Shown: positions 52,626 through 64,000 of the stretch, piece after piece | Position numbering within the stretch: position 1 is the stretch's first letter | Layout: each line of letters starts with the position of its first letter | Assembly (NCBI GenBank): GCA_963754875.1 | Contig: CAVWHO010000018.1 | Span: 1 to 64,000, forward strand | From: Nitrospirota bacterium | GTDB lineage: Bacteria > Nitrospirota > UBA9217 | Direction: 5' to 3' | Length of the DNA stretch: 64,000 nucleotides | The notes under the pieces: model-generated | The model's database searches: none | Seen by the model: the letters and a program-made list of their open reading frames with translations, nothing else | Told to the model about the DNA's origin: nothing | Made by a program: the position numbers and the translations under genes

Positions 52626-55600
52626 ATGAATCTCGCCAAATTTTCCCCTCCTTGTCCGGGCCGCGTGTTCGAGCGGGACCGGCTCCTGAACAGACTCCTT
52701 GCATGGGAGGACAAAAAGCTTGTCATCATCCATGCACAGGCCGGCCAGGGCAAGAGTACGCTCGCGGCGGAATACGTGCAGGCGCTCGGTTCGCCGTCTG
52801 TTTGGTACAACCTTGATCAGGAAGACGAAAACCCCAACCTGTTTCTGTCCCTTCTGGGACAGACCATCCAAAAGACCTGGCCCAAGCAGGTGCCCGAGCT
52901 CCCGCCGATGCCCCGCGACCGTTACGTCCAGGAAGAAATCCATCCAGGCATGCGCAGATGGATCGAAGGCGTGCTGAACGCTGTCCCCAGGCACAGCCTC
53001 ATCATTTTTGACGAATACCACTGTACGTCATCGTCAGGCCCTGCGCAGCGCCTTATCCGCCTGCTGATCGACTCTGCGCCTCCGCTGGTGCGGTTCATGG
53101 TCCTTTCGCGCCAACGGCCTGGCCTCGAAGTAGCGAAACTTCGTTCCGCGCAGTCCGTAGGAGAACTGACCAACGAGGACCTCCGGTTCACTGACGCTGA
53201 AGTCCAGGACCTTTTCAGCATCGTCTTCCATATGCAGATTTCAAAGACCGAGGCTGCGCTTATCAACGGAACAGCGGAGGGTTGGCCGGCCGGACTTGTC
53301 CTGATGCACGAGTACATTGCGGCGTTGCCGACGGAGGAACGGCTTGCGGCCCTGTACGACCAACAGACACCTGCCTTTCGCTCGCACATCTTCGATTACC
53401 TGGCCCAGGAGGTTTTTCAGCATCTGCCCCGCGAGATGCAGCAATTCCTGCTCAGAACGTCGATCTCCGATTACCTGCCGAAGGGACTCTTACAGATACT
53501 GACCGGCCTGCCGATCACGGGTACTTCGCCCAAACCTGACCTCTCGTCGCTGATCACGGAGCTCAGAAACCGGAACCTTTTCGTGACAACGGCCGGAGCC
53601 GACGCGTCCGTCCTCCGTTATCACGCGCTTTTTCGCGAATTCCTGCGGAACAAACTGGCCTCCGAGATCGGACCAGGGTCAGTGACGAAACTCCATACCG
53701 TAGCAGCGGCGTATTTCCTGAAAGCCGGCGACCCGGTGCGGAGCATCGGTCTTCTCCTTGGCTCTCGCCAATTCGATAAAGCCGTCAGGCAGATCGAGTC
53801 TTGCGGTGAAGAGCTGGTGGCACAGGGGCAGATGAGAACGCTTATCCGATGGATTGAAGCGCTTCCGGCTGCGTACCGGAACCGTCCCTGGTTTCTCTTG
53901 TACCGCGCCGTGGCATGCCGTTTCACGGCCCCCCAGGAGTCGCTCGTTTTTTTCGATCGCGCGTTGCAGGGCTTTCGATCGGGCAACGCCGGGGCCCGGA
54001 GGTCATCAGGACTCGTCTATTCTCTCTGCGGCCTCATCGAGGCCTGCTTTCATACGGGCGGCGATTTCGGCCGCATGGGCCGCCTCGCAACAATGGCGCA
54101 GACCCTTCTGGACAGAAGACGGCGGGAACCGCCCGAAGCGCGGGCCAGGCTGCGCCTGGCTACGGGCATGGCCTGGTTCTTCATCGGCAGACTCGAGCAG
54201 GGCACGGAAGCGCTGAGTCGTGCGCTTGAGTTGTTCCGTAAACAAAAAAATCACTTTTCCCAGATCACGAGCGCCATTTACCTGACCCCCTGTGCGCTTT
54301 ACCAGGGCGAATTCTCTCTCGCCAGGGAGTCGGTGCGAAGAGGTTTTGAAGCGTATGCATGTATCCCCGACGAAACAGGAGGACAGGCCGCTCTCCTCCT
54401 GACCAGGGCCATGACAGCGCTCTTCGAGGGAAATCTGGCTGAAGCGCAGGAATGCATCGACCGAGTGTAAGGACCTTGCCTACACTCATGCGCTCCCATC
54501 GATCGGCTTTTTGTCACTGGACATCGGCGGCTGGCTCAAGATCGCTCAGGGCGATTACCCCGGCGCAGAGCTCCTGCTCGCGGAGTGCAAGCGTAAAGGC
54601 GAGGAATCCCGGAACGCGTTTTTCAGCGCATCTGCCGCCCATCTTCTTGCCATTGCCTACCTGTTTCAGGGAAAACTCGACAAGGCGAAGAAAGAGTCGG
54701 ACTATGCGCTGGCCATTCGCACGCAAACGGGCAGCAGGCTCTTTCACGCGGTCTACCTCATTGCCAGCGGCGTCATCCATCTGAAACTCGGAAATATCCG
54801 TCGCGCGAAACTGGAACTCCTGACGGCCGTCAAGACGCTTCGGCAGATCAAGGCTGCACAGCAGGAGGCAAACGCCCACCTGGCCCTGGCACTGTTGTAC
54901 CATCGTCAAGGGAACGAGACGGACAAGGCCTGCAGACACCTGCAAGAAGGATTCTCCATCGGCCAGGACCGGGGATTCACCTACTATGCCCTGTTCACGC
55001 GTGCGGAGCTGATCGGACTTGGCGAACTGCGCAAAGATCCGCGGCATCTGTACCCAGTACTGCACTGATCTTCTCGATGCGCTTTCGCAGTCGCCGTCTG
55101 CAAAGCGGCTCCGGGTCCATTGCCTCGGCGGCTTCCGGGTGAGGCGGGACCGAACGTTGGTGCGGGACGCGGAGTGGAAGAGTAAACGGGCCAAGACCCT
55201 GGTGAAAATGCTCGCAGCGCAGGATAACCAATCGATGCCCCGGGAACAGGCCATGGAATGGCTCTGGCCCGATACGAAAACCGGCCGATCTGTCGAACGA
55301 CCTTTAATTCCCTGCTTCATCGGGCAAGAAAGGTCCTGGAGCCTGAACCGGGCGCAGGAAAGGACATTTTTTGCACCCATGAGGAAGGCGACCTCGTTGC
55401 CCTGAGCCGCGATTGGGTCTGGACTGACGTCGGCCAATTTCTCTCTCATCTGGACGCAGCCCGACGGATGAAAGCGAATCAAAACCGGGAAGAGGTCATC
55501 TTGGAATACGAAAAAGCCGCTGAACTCTACGAGGGGGATTTCCTGCCCGAAGACCGGTACAGCGACTGGGCAATTCCGATGAGGGACCAGCTCCGGGTCC

Positions 55601-55869
55601 GCTATCTTGGCGCGCTGGCCGATGCTGCCGTTCTTGCGGAAGCGCTCGGGGACCGCAGCGCGGCGCTGAAATTCCACGAACGGCTCTTTCTCGCCGACCC
55701 CTGCAATGAGAAATCCTGCTGCTGGCTCATGATGCGCTACCAGTCGGAGGGCAGGAGGAATGATGCGATCAGGAGCTACGAACGCTGTGAACTGGCATTG
55801 CAGAAGGATCTCGAGCTGGAGCCGGAAAAAAGAACGAAACAGTTGTATCGAAGTATTATTGGAGGGTGA
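52626..55869 (+). pseudogene. MalT-like ATPase-TPR regulator with winged-helix/BTAD C-terminus, three frameshifts
   Basis: AQAGQGKST, W..LD..D, EGWPAG and RYHALFREFL; then LGGF.V...W.SK..K.L and LYEGDFL...W. Confidence 0.85.
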
Positions 55870-56127
55870 TGAACGCTTTTTTGCAGCAGCGATCCGGGCG
55901 GGCTGAGAGGAACTCAGCTAAGACGATGCCTAGCAAATTACATTCCCAAAATGGATGCTCGATAAAACTTTGTGTTTGAGGACTTCACCTCCAAACATGC
56001 ATTGTCAATGTTGTGACGAAGGCAAAGAATTCTAAGTTGTATCATGCAAGCCGGAACTTTCCACTTTTGGCTACTCAGTCTTTAGGAGAAGGCCAGTGGT
56101 CCATAGATTTCCCTTCCGGGTCAATTC

Positions 56128-58089
56128 CTATTTTTCGATCAACTCACGGATTTTCTCTAGGAGCTCATTGGGTGGTACCGGCTTTGAGATGAAATCCAGC
56201 CCTTCATCGATGCTCCCCTTCTCTTGGAGGATGTCGGCTGTGTAGCCACTTACGAAAAGCGCTTTGATGCCGGGGATCATTTTTTTTGCTTCATCGTAGA
56301 CCTGTTTGCCGTTCTTTTTCGGCATAATAACGTCAAGAACGAGAAACTGGATCCGGTCTTTTTCCGCTCTGATCTTTTCCAGTGCGGCCTCTCCGTCGAT
56401 CGTTTCAATGATTGTATATCCGACATCCTCCAGGATCGATGTCATCATCCCCCGAATCGTCGCGTCGTCCTCGGCAAGGAGAATGACCTCGGTACCCCCC
56501 TTCATACGGACGGGTCGGCTGTTTGGTTTTTCATAAGTAGATGTGGCGCCAGTCAGCGGAATGTAAATTTTAAATGTGGTCCCGGTCCCTCGCTCCGAGT
56601 AGACGTTGATGTAACCATTATGCTGTTTGATGATACCGAAAACGATCGACATCCCGAGCCCCGTTCCACGGCCCACCTCCTTGGTCGTAAAAAAGGGCTC
56701 AAAGATCCTCCCTGTTGTCTCCGCATCCATGCCTTCACCGGTGTCGCTGACAACGATCAGGGCATACGACCCCGCCTTCATATAGGGATGCGTGAGAACG
56801 TAGCGTTCGTCGAGGTCGACCCGATGCGTTTCGATCTGCAATGATCCGCCATGCGTCATAGCGTCACGCGCATTGGTCGCAAGGTTCATCAGGACCTGAT
56901 CGAGCTGGGAGTTGTCCGCAGCTACGATGAGGTCTTCCTTCGCAAGGTTCTGCGTCAGTGAGATATCCTCTCCGATCATGCGCCTTAGGAGTTCACTGCA
57001 TCGTTCGATGATCAGGTTTAAATCGACCGGCATGACCTTGATGACCTGTTTCCGGCTGAACGCGAGGAGGCCCTGGGTGAGATTTGCTGCCCGTTGCGCC
57101 GCTGCAAGGATCTCTACGACATTATGCAACAAGGGATCGTCCGCCTTCATTTTCATTTGCGTGAGAGTGCCATAGCCGATGATCGCAGTCAGAACATTGT
57201 TGAAATCGTGAGCAACCCCTCCGGCCAGCAGACCTACAGCCTCCATCTTCTGGGAGTGACGTAGTTGATCCTCCGTGCGTTGGCGCTCTGCGAGCTCATG
57301 GAGGAGTCGTTCGTTCGCATGCGCCAACTCTGCAGTGCGAAGTTCTACTTTTTCTTCCAGTTGTTGACGGTAGAGATCCAGTTCCTTGTCGCGGGCCTGG
57401 ATCTGGGACAGCATCTCATTGAAACCCGCGGCAAGCATTCCCGTTTTGTCGCTTTCTGGCACAGTGCTCCGGACCGAATAGTCCCGGTTATTTGATACGC
57501 TCCGTGTTAAGCGGACCAAGTCGAGAATGGGTTTGGTGATCGTCTTCTGTAAGCGGGACAACAACAGAAATGCGACCACGAGTGCTATTGCAAAAGCTGC
57601 CAGCGCAATCACCGCGTACCATGCCAGGTGACTATGCAGTTCATGAAGATCAGATTGTATATAGATGCTTCCGATACGCTCTCCGTCGTGCAGAATGGGT
57701 CGAAAGAGGTACAGCCCGTTGAAATCGAATGTGTGTGCGTCTCCCGAAGGAGCCGGAGGCAGTATGAGATCTCTTTCACCAGGACGAAGATAAGTTGCGA
57801 ATACCGTCCCATCCTTGGCATAGATGGCTGCCTGAACGATGTTCTTTGCCGCACTCAGTGCACTGAGGATCTCGGTGGCATCTTTGCGATTGTCGAAGGA
57901 CAACGCGACAGCGCTGTTGTCCCCGATCATTGTCGCTTGTGCCGTCATGTTGCTCACGAGAAAGCGCTTGGAAGACATCACGTCATACACAACGAATACC
58001 GCTGCGATGATCAGCAGTGCAATGCACGTTGTCACCAGGCTAACCAGGGAAAGTTTTCCCTTAATGGTGGTCGTATTTAGCAAGTTCAT
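56128..58089 (-). CDS. Hybrid sensor kinase (periplasmic sensor-HAMP-HisKA-HATPase-REC)
   Basis: Two TM segments; AGGVAHDFNN, NLATNARDA, FFTTK, GTGLG and LDVIMP motifs. Confidence 0.95.
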   Translation of the reverse strand: MNLLNTTTIKGKLSLVSLVTTCIALLIIAAVFVVYDVMSSKRFLVSNMTAQATMIGDNSAVALSFDNRKDATEILSALSAAKNIVQAAIYAKDGTVFATYLRPGERDLILPPAPSGDAHTFDFNGLYLFRPILHDGERIGSIYIQSDLHELHSHLAWYAVIALAAFAIALVVAFLLLSRLQKTITKPILDLVRLTRSVSNNRDYSVRSTVPESDKTGMLAAGFNEMLSQIQARDKELDLYRQQLEEKVELRTAELAHANERLLHELAERQRTEDQLRHSQKMEAVGLLAGGVAHDFNNVLTAIIGYGTLTQMKMKADDPLLHNVVEILAAAQRAANLTQGLLAFSRKQVIKVMPVDLNLIIERCSELLRRMIGEDISLTQNLAKEDLIVAADNSQLDQVLMNLATNARDAMTHGGSLQIETHRVDLDERYVLTHPYMKAGSYALIVVSDTGEGMDAETTGRIFEPFFTTKEVGRGTGLGMSIVFGIIKQHNGYINVYSERGTGTTFKIYIPLTGATSTYEKPNSRPVRMKGGTEVILLAEDDATIRGMMTSILEDVGYTIIETIDGEAALEKIRAEKDRIQFLVLDVIMPKKNGKQVYDEAKKMIPGIKALFVSGYTADILQEKGSIDEGLDFISKPVPPNELLEKIRELIEK

Positions 58090-58090
58090 A

Positions 58091-58678
58091 TCATTCTTCT
58101 TCCCGACGCGGGTCTTCGTGAACAATAACCGCCATGTTGAGCACTCTTGAGTGAAGCGTTACCCCGGCACGGGCAACTGCGTCAACATTGACCTCAAAAC
58201 CAATGGTTTTGCCTGTCAGAATGAACCCGATCATTCCGCCGCGGCTGGCAAAACTCTCCATATCGCTGATTAGCAGCACACCTGAGTGGCTGAGCCTTTT
58301 CAAGACCTCTCCCAAATGGCCATGTTCCGACGAGCTGATGAAAAGGATATGGCACTTCTGAATCTCGGCTGAACTATGATAGCGACGTACTTCTATCTTT
58401 CTGCCATTGATGGTCCTGCTCGTCATGACGTCGATGTCGTTTCCAAAAGGGTCATCTCCCAGAACACCGAAAATGACAGGGTCCGTTGGATCGGAAAAGG
58501 TTCCGGCAGGCCACTCAGCGAACTTTGCAAAATTGTACAGATAGGCCGCCTTGACTTGATACTCGGTCGGTTTCCGGTCCTGCGCCCACGCCCGCGGCGC
58601 AACGAGCATCCACCAGCATGCCACTGCCAGCAGCATGAGTCTGACGGCCCATCGAGTAAGTGAATCGTGCCTCATCAT
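58091..58678 (-). CDS. YfiR-family (DUF4154) periplasmic protein
   Basis: EYQVKAAYLYNFAKF.EWP, CHILFI, GGMIGF and FEVN motifs. Confidence 0.9.
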   Translation of the reverse strand: MMRHDSLTRWAVRLMLLAVACWWMLVAPRAWAQDRKPTEYQVKAAYLYNFAKFAEWPAGTFSDPTDPVIFGVLGDDPFGNDIDVMTSRTINGRKIEVRRYHSSAEIQKCHILFISSSEHGHLGEVLKRLSHSGVLLISDMESFASRGGMIGFILTGKTIGFEVNVDAVARAGVTLHSRVLNMAVIVHEDPRREEE

Positions 58679-58687
58679 TATCCCATC

Positions 58688-60733
58688 CTAGAAACGATAG
58701 GTCAACTTTACACGGTAATTCCTGCCGTCCTGTACGATCACGTCCTGGATTTGCTGCGGCGGGCCTGCCGTTGGATCGCCATATTTTTTGTCGAAGAGAT
58801 TGTAGACGCTCACTGACGCATCAAGTCCTTTTGCCAGGTCCCGCCCGAAAATTGTCAGATTTGCGACCACGAAATCGTCCGCGTAATTGCCGGCGCTTGT
58901 TTTCCTCCTACTCGTATACTGCACTTCCGGGTCCGCAAATAACCATTCCTTGTATACTGGCAGGACGACGTTTATTTTGGCCAGATGCTCAGGCGAATCA
59001 GTCAGGAGTTCTCCGGTAGACATGTCCGTTGCTTTCTGGTAAGTGTAGCTTATGCGGCACCGCATGCCATTGGGCCATGCACCTTCCACTTCCAATTCAC
59101 CACCCGTGGCTTCAACCCTGTTCACATTCTCAAATTGGAAGAGGCCATCGGCAGGGTCCGTTATTGACGTAATGAGATCTTTGATTCTATAACGGAAGGC
59201 AGACAAGGACGATCTGACGTAACTGCCCAGGTACTGCTCGTAAACAAGCTCATAGGTTGTAATCTTCTCCGGCTTCAAATCAGGATTGGCCTTCTGCGTC
59301 GCACCATCGTCATAAAAGAATTCGTACACATTGGGGGTGCGAAAGGCCGTACCGTATAGAAGCTTGAAGGTCGTTTTGTCGAAGGGAGAATAGATCAGGG
59401 CCAGCCGAGGATTCGTCTCTCCACCGAAGGTGGAATAGTAATCATGGCGAACCCCGATATTGAGGAGCACGGTGTCAAACATTCTGTATTCATCCTGAGC
59501 ATACAATGCCCAGAGATGTGAATCCTTTTTGATGTCGAAGTTTAAATAGTATGGAACAAGGTCAAAGTTGGCTTGGTCCTGGCGGATGTTGTCCTGATAT
59601 TCTGCGCCAACAGTCACTTTATCTTTTTCAAAGAATATCCCGGTATAGCGTAGTTCACCACCCCACCATCTGCCCGTGGCCGTGTCTCTGTTAACCGTTA
59701 TGGGTGGATAGTTGAGGGCATAATTCCCGGTAAAATTATAGGCGTCATAATAGATTCTGGCGAGCACTGACGATTCGTGTCCATAGTTGTGTCGGTATGC
59801 CAGGTCCAGATAGGAGTGTTCATCAATGGTGCTGTTAGCCGAATCGTTGAAGACAGTCCCGAATGACGCTGTCGGTACCCCTTTTTTTCTGTAGCCGTAG
59901 GCTCCTTCGAAGGTGAAATCCTGAAAGGTTATCTTCGCGAACGCGCTTTTGAATCGGTCACCGTCTTTATTGTTGGCAATACCATTATTGTTCGCCGGTG
60001 TATCGAATTCGGGGTAATAAAGGTTTTGGGTGCCTTTACTGCCGTACGAGGAACCTGAGAGAAGTACTTTCAGACCGCTTGGGTTTTCCCTGCCGTACGT
60101 GGCCCGCCCGTAATATGTATCGAAACTTGCCGCGGACGTCGAGACCTCGACACCGCTCACGTCTTTGCCGGCCTTTGTGATAATGTTGATCACGCCGAAA
60201 AAAGCATTGCTGCCGTACAACGACGAGCCCGGTCCGCGGATAATCTCGATCCTTTCGATAAGATCAACGTCAAGCATGAACTCGGTCCCAATCTCCGCCG
60301 AGTCATAAACGTTATCATTAATGCGGTGGCCGTCAACCAGCAGCAGGATGCGTGTATTATAATCGCCCGGACGATTAAACCCGCGTACGCCGGCATAAGA
60401 GTAGTTGCGGTCATTCGTAATATAAAAGCTCCTGACGCTCCGCAGGATGTCGGCCAAAGTTCTATAACCGAATTTCTGGATATCATCAGCCGTGATGACG
60501 GAGACAGACGACGGCGCCTCGGTCACTTTTTGCTGATAGCTTGATGCTCCGGAAACGGTAACGACCTGAATTGACCGCAACTCCTCAATAGGTAGGTCCA
60601 GGATATCTGCCGATTGCGAAATGGCAACTGTTGAATCAGCCCACGCATCCGGTGACGACGGCATGAGCAGCAGCGCACACACTCCGAGGACCTGCGCCAC
60701 GTTACCGATGACCCCTGACCCGATAATTTTCAT
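58688..60733 (-). CDS. TonB-dependent receptor
   Basis: Plug IERIEIIRGPGSSLYGSNAFFGVINIIT, NPDLKPE, NLFDKKY and terminal YRF. Confidence 0.95.
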   Translation of the reverse strand: MKIIGSGVIGNVAQVLGVCALLLMPSSPDAWADSTVAISQSADILDLPIEELRSIQVVTVSGASSYQQKVTEAPSSVSVITADDIQKFGYRTLADILRSVRSFYITNDRNYSYAGVRGFNRPGDYNTRILLLVDGHRINDNVYDSAEIGTEFMLDVDLIERIEIIRGPGSSLYGSNAFFGVINIITKAGKDVSGVEVSTSAASFDTYYGRATYGRENPSGLKVLLSGSSYGSKGTQNLYYPEFDTPANNNGIANNKDGDRFKSAFAKITFQDFTFEGAYGYRKKGVPTASFGTVFNDSANSTIDEHSYLDLAYRHNYGHESSVLARIYYDAYNFTGNYALNYPPITVNRDTATGRWWGGELRYTGIFFEKDKVTVGAEYQDNIRQDQANFDLVPYYLNFDIKKDSHLWALYAQDEYRMFDTVLLNIGVRHDYYSTFGGETNPRLALIYSPFDKTTFKLLYGTAFRTPNVYEFFYDDGATQKANPDLKPEKITTYELVYEQYLGSYVRSSLSAFRYRIKDLITSITDPADGLFQFENVNRVEATGGELEVEGAWPNGMRCRISYTYQKATDMSTGELLTDSPEHLAKINVVLPVYKEWLFADPEVQYTSRRKTSAGNYADDFVVANLTIFGRDLAKGLDASVSVYNLFDKKYGDPTAGPPQQIQDVIVQDGRNYRVKLTYRF

Positions 60734-61293
60734 ACTGCCCCCTCGCAGGTTTTGCTTATTTATGATTGTTTTATCGTCACCTCATGAATAAAACTTTACG
60801 ATTCTTCAGAAAGAACTGGAAAAATATTTTTTTAACCATTTCAGAAAACAACGATACTTCCGCAAAGCAACAGCAATGCGACGGGGTCTCTTGTCATAGT
60901 GTCAATTTCTATCAAGGAGAATATTGCTAACGGTGGGGATATGCAGCTTCAGGTGGCAGGCAATCCCGCTCTGCTTATATACACAGCTCTCGAGACAGCC
61001 TTTGTCATCTTTTAAGGCAGGAAGCGTGGCACAGTCAGTTATAACGCCTGTTAACGTGTTGAAGGGATTGAGAAAAATATCGAGAACTGGGCATCTTTGA
61101 AGAAAGACAGCTTTCTTTTCGTTGCCGCGAGAGTCCCATAATACACAGCATCGGGGCATTCAATGCGAAGAGGAAGGGTCACGGGATGAAGGTATCATAG
61201 CCAACGCAAAGTACCAATACAAAAGACCTGCATAACCTTATAAAGCGCGGTTAGGCTCATGGGAAAGACGCCAATCATGCCCAGGAGGTGCTT

Positions 61294-61434
61294 ATGCGAC
61301 TGTACACAGGAATTGATTTACAGTCAAGCAACAGCTATCTGGCGATCATCGATGAAACTGGTAAACGGCTGTTCAAGACGAGGTTGCCCAATGATTGGGG
61401 CTTCGCTCCGTTCTGTTTGGCGCAATTCATTTGA
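61294..61434 (+). pseudogene. IS110-family recombinase, N-terminal remnant
   Basis: AGGAGG RBS, then MRLYTGIDLQSSNSYLAIIDETGKRLFKTRLPND, then unrelated sequence and a stop. Confidence 0.75.
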
Positions 61435-61492
61435 CGATTGCTGCGGGAGCAGGCCTTCTTTTTCGCCTTGAGTGATCGTCGGACGGGCAGCA

Positions 61493-63672
61493 CTAAGGGT
61501 TCAGCAGCTGGCCCAGTACATCGCGCAAGCTGTCCACATTATAGGGCTTCTTGAGAAAGGCATCAAACTTGTGGTCGCGGTAATTCGAGGTGATGGCATC
61601 GTCGGAATATCCGCTCGACACGACAGCCTTTACGCCGGAGTCGATTTCCTTTATCCTCCTGACCGTTTCGGCGCCGCCTATGCCGCCCCTAATCGTGAGA
61701 TCCAGGATGACGACATTGAACGGCCTCCCCGATTGCTTTGCCGACGTATATTTTTCGACGGCTTCGTCGCCATGGGCTGCTACATCCACCTCATGTCCAA
61801 GGGCTTTGATCAGTTCGCCGGCGACATCGCGAATAACCGGATCATCGTCCATGACGAGAATTTTCCCCATTGTCCTTCTCGAAGGCTCAGGCTCGATCTG
61901 CGTCGCTTTCTCCGCCGTCAAAGCCTGGGGAAGGTAGAGAGAAAACGTTGTCCCTTTGCCGACCTCGGATTTCACATCGATCAAACCACCGTGGTTCTTT
62001 ATGATGGAGTACGACGTGGCAAGGCCGAGCCCGCTTCCCCTCTCCTTGGTTGTAAAATAGGGATCGAATATCTTCGCGATATAAGGCTCCGGGATCCCGA
62101 TACCGCCGTCCCTGACGGCGATTTCAACGTATCCGCCTTTTTCCAGACCCTGCGGCAGGTTCTTGTCAGGAGCCTTGACGTTCCGCGCCGTGATCTCCAC
62201 CTGCCCCCCTTCCGGCATGGCCTGGTCGGCATTCAACACGATGTTCTGGATCACCTGGCCGATCTGCCCTTCGTCAGCCTCGACCTGCCGGAGACCTTCC
62301 TCGATTACTATCCGGTTAACGGACCGCGATCCGCTCAAAGCGAATTTCGCAGCAGTGTCGATGACCGGCCGGAGATCGACGGGTTTTTTTATCGGCTTTC
62401 CGCCTTTGGAGAAGGTCAAAAGCTGGTTCGTCAGCTTGACCGACAGGTGCAGCGCCTGCTCAGCCTGTTCCAGCGCAGCTAAGCTTTTCTCCCTGTTGCT
62501 CACCGTCATTCTCGCCAGGGAGATGTGTAGCCGAACACCCCCTGGAGCAAGTTGTTAAAGTCATGGGCGATGCCGCCGGCCAGCGTGCCGATAGCTTCGA
62601 GTTTCTGCGTTTTTAATCTCGTCTCTTCCGGAAGGCGCTTTTCCGTGATATTGCTGATCGATACGATGACCGAAATAACGGCGCCTGATGCATCCTTGAG
62701 TGGAAATGCCTTCATTTCCACGTAGAGCGACTTTCCTGCCCCGTTACCATGCTTATGAAAGGCGGTGAATGGTTCGCCCGTCTCGAACACCACCCCGGCC
62801 GCGCATTTGCCCTCCTCACAGCATGGTTCGTCGGATTTGTCCGATACGCTGAAACACTTTTCTCCAAGCACTTCCGCGCACGGCCGGCCGAGTTGATTGC
62901 AGTAAGCCTTGTTTGCAGTCAGAATGCGAAAGTCCCGGTCTATAACGATGAACCCTTCATCCACGCTGTCCAGCACATTTCGCATCATCTCTTCGCTGCG
63001 GCGAAATGCTTCCTCCGCCTGTTTGCGCTCGGTGATATCGCGCCAGATGGTGTGATGGAACGTTTGACCGGACAATTCCAGCCTCTGGACTATGACAAGA
63101 ACGTCCCGCATATCGCCCTGCTTGGTTTTGTGTTTTACTTCAAATTCGTCCTTCCCCTCTCTCTGGACTTTCTCGAACCTCGCCCTGATGTCAACCGCAC
63201 TTTCCACGGGATCGACGTCCGCTATCTGCAGTTTGTTGAATTCTTCGCGCGTGTATCCAAGTTGCCGGCTGGCTTGTTCGTTAAACTCAACAATGTCGCC
63301 CTTTGCGTTCACCAGCAGCACACCGTCCGGCGATTGGTCGAACAAGGTCCGATAGCGCAATTCGGCGGATGCGGCGGCGTTCTTATGCTCCTCATCCGAC
63401 CTAAAAATGCGGGCGATCGAGATGATCCCGTACAGGATCAAGACCGAAATAGCAAGCCCGACCGTTTCCACAGACAAGTCTATTTTTGTGGTGCCTTGAG
63501 AAAATAGCTGGACCAGTGAAACCAATCGTCGCAAAGCCATGAGACAGACCATAAGGACTAATACGATCGCAATGACCCGCTTCTCGGCATAGCGCATCAG
63601 CCGAAGCGCAAAGAAAACCGTAATCAGTTGCGTTCCGAGGGCAAGGCTCAGAATAAATAAATTAATGTCCAT
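61493..63672 (-). pseudogene. TM-PAS-PAS hybrid histidine kinase, frameshifted near 62526
   Basis: Two PAS domains and GIAHDFNN in one frame; HATPase and REC in another; 2-nt AC duplication at the junction. Confidence 0.88.
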
Positions 63673-64000
63673 GTAGGGAAGGCCTCCAACGACTTTACAC
63701 TGTGCAAACTCTGCACAGGGTATTGTTAAATACCCGCTGAATGCCAATCAAATATGGAAAGCAGAAAAATGGAACTTATAAAAGAGCGGCTGATTCCCGT
63801 AAAAGCCACAAGCGCTTAGTCTTCCAAATTATAACACATTCTTTAAGTATTTATAGCGCAGCCGGGGTACCATTGGGGGTCATTCAAGAATAGCGTAACA
63901 CACGGAATGGGCCGGCATTGCTGGCTAGCATCAGACGATATGCTCTGAAAATACTGCCGGATAAGATTGATGATCCTAGAAAAGTTAATTTATCACATGA

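Overview
A 64-kb chromosomal segment of a GC-moderate bacterium; gene content and intergenic style suggest Nitrospirota or a Deltaproteobacteria-like lineage (inference only). Core blocks: hemE-hemH-hemY split by an intact IS630; CIRCE-groES-groEL; tktN-tktC-ftsEX-envC-ctpA; tRNA-Leu(CAA); iorAB-xdhC-mocA; DUF1015-gap-pgk-tpiA-secG-ABC genes; a LonC-type protease; a TonB receptor-YfiR-hybrid kinase module. The most unusual part is the ~10 kb downstream of groEL (12.1-22.1 kb). Four small minus-strand modules (two toxin-antitoxin pairs, a hypothetical gene, a dinB gene) are each bracketed by a diverged direct repeat of a terminator, promoter or gene 3' end. One repeat is a synonymously diverged second copy of the groEL 3' end, and a complete class IIC group II intron sits just after its terminator. 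About ten operon junctions also hold short tandem-repeat inverted pairs with 7-10 nt periods, and tRNA-Leu is followed by inverted and direct copies of its own 3' end. Several genes carry small indels that may be decay or assembly error. All family assignments come from reading motifs by eye; no searches were run.
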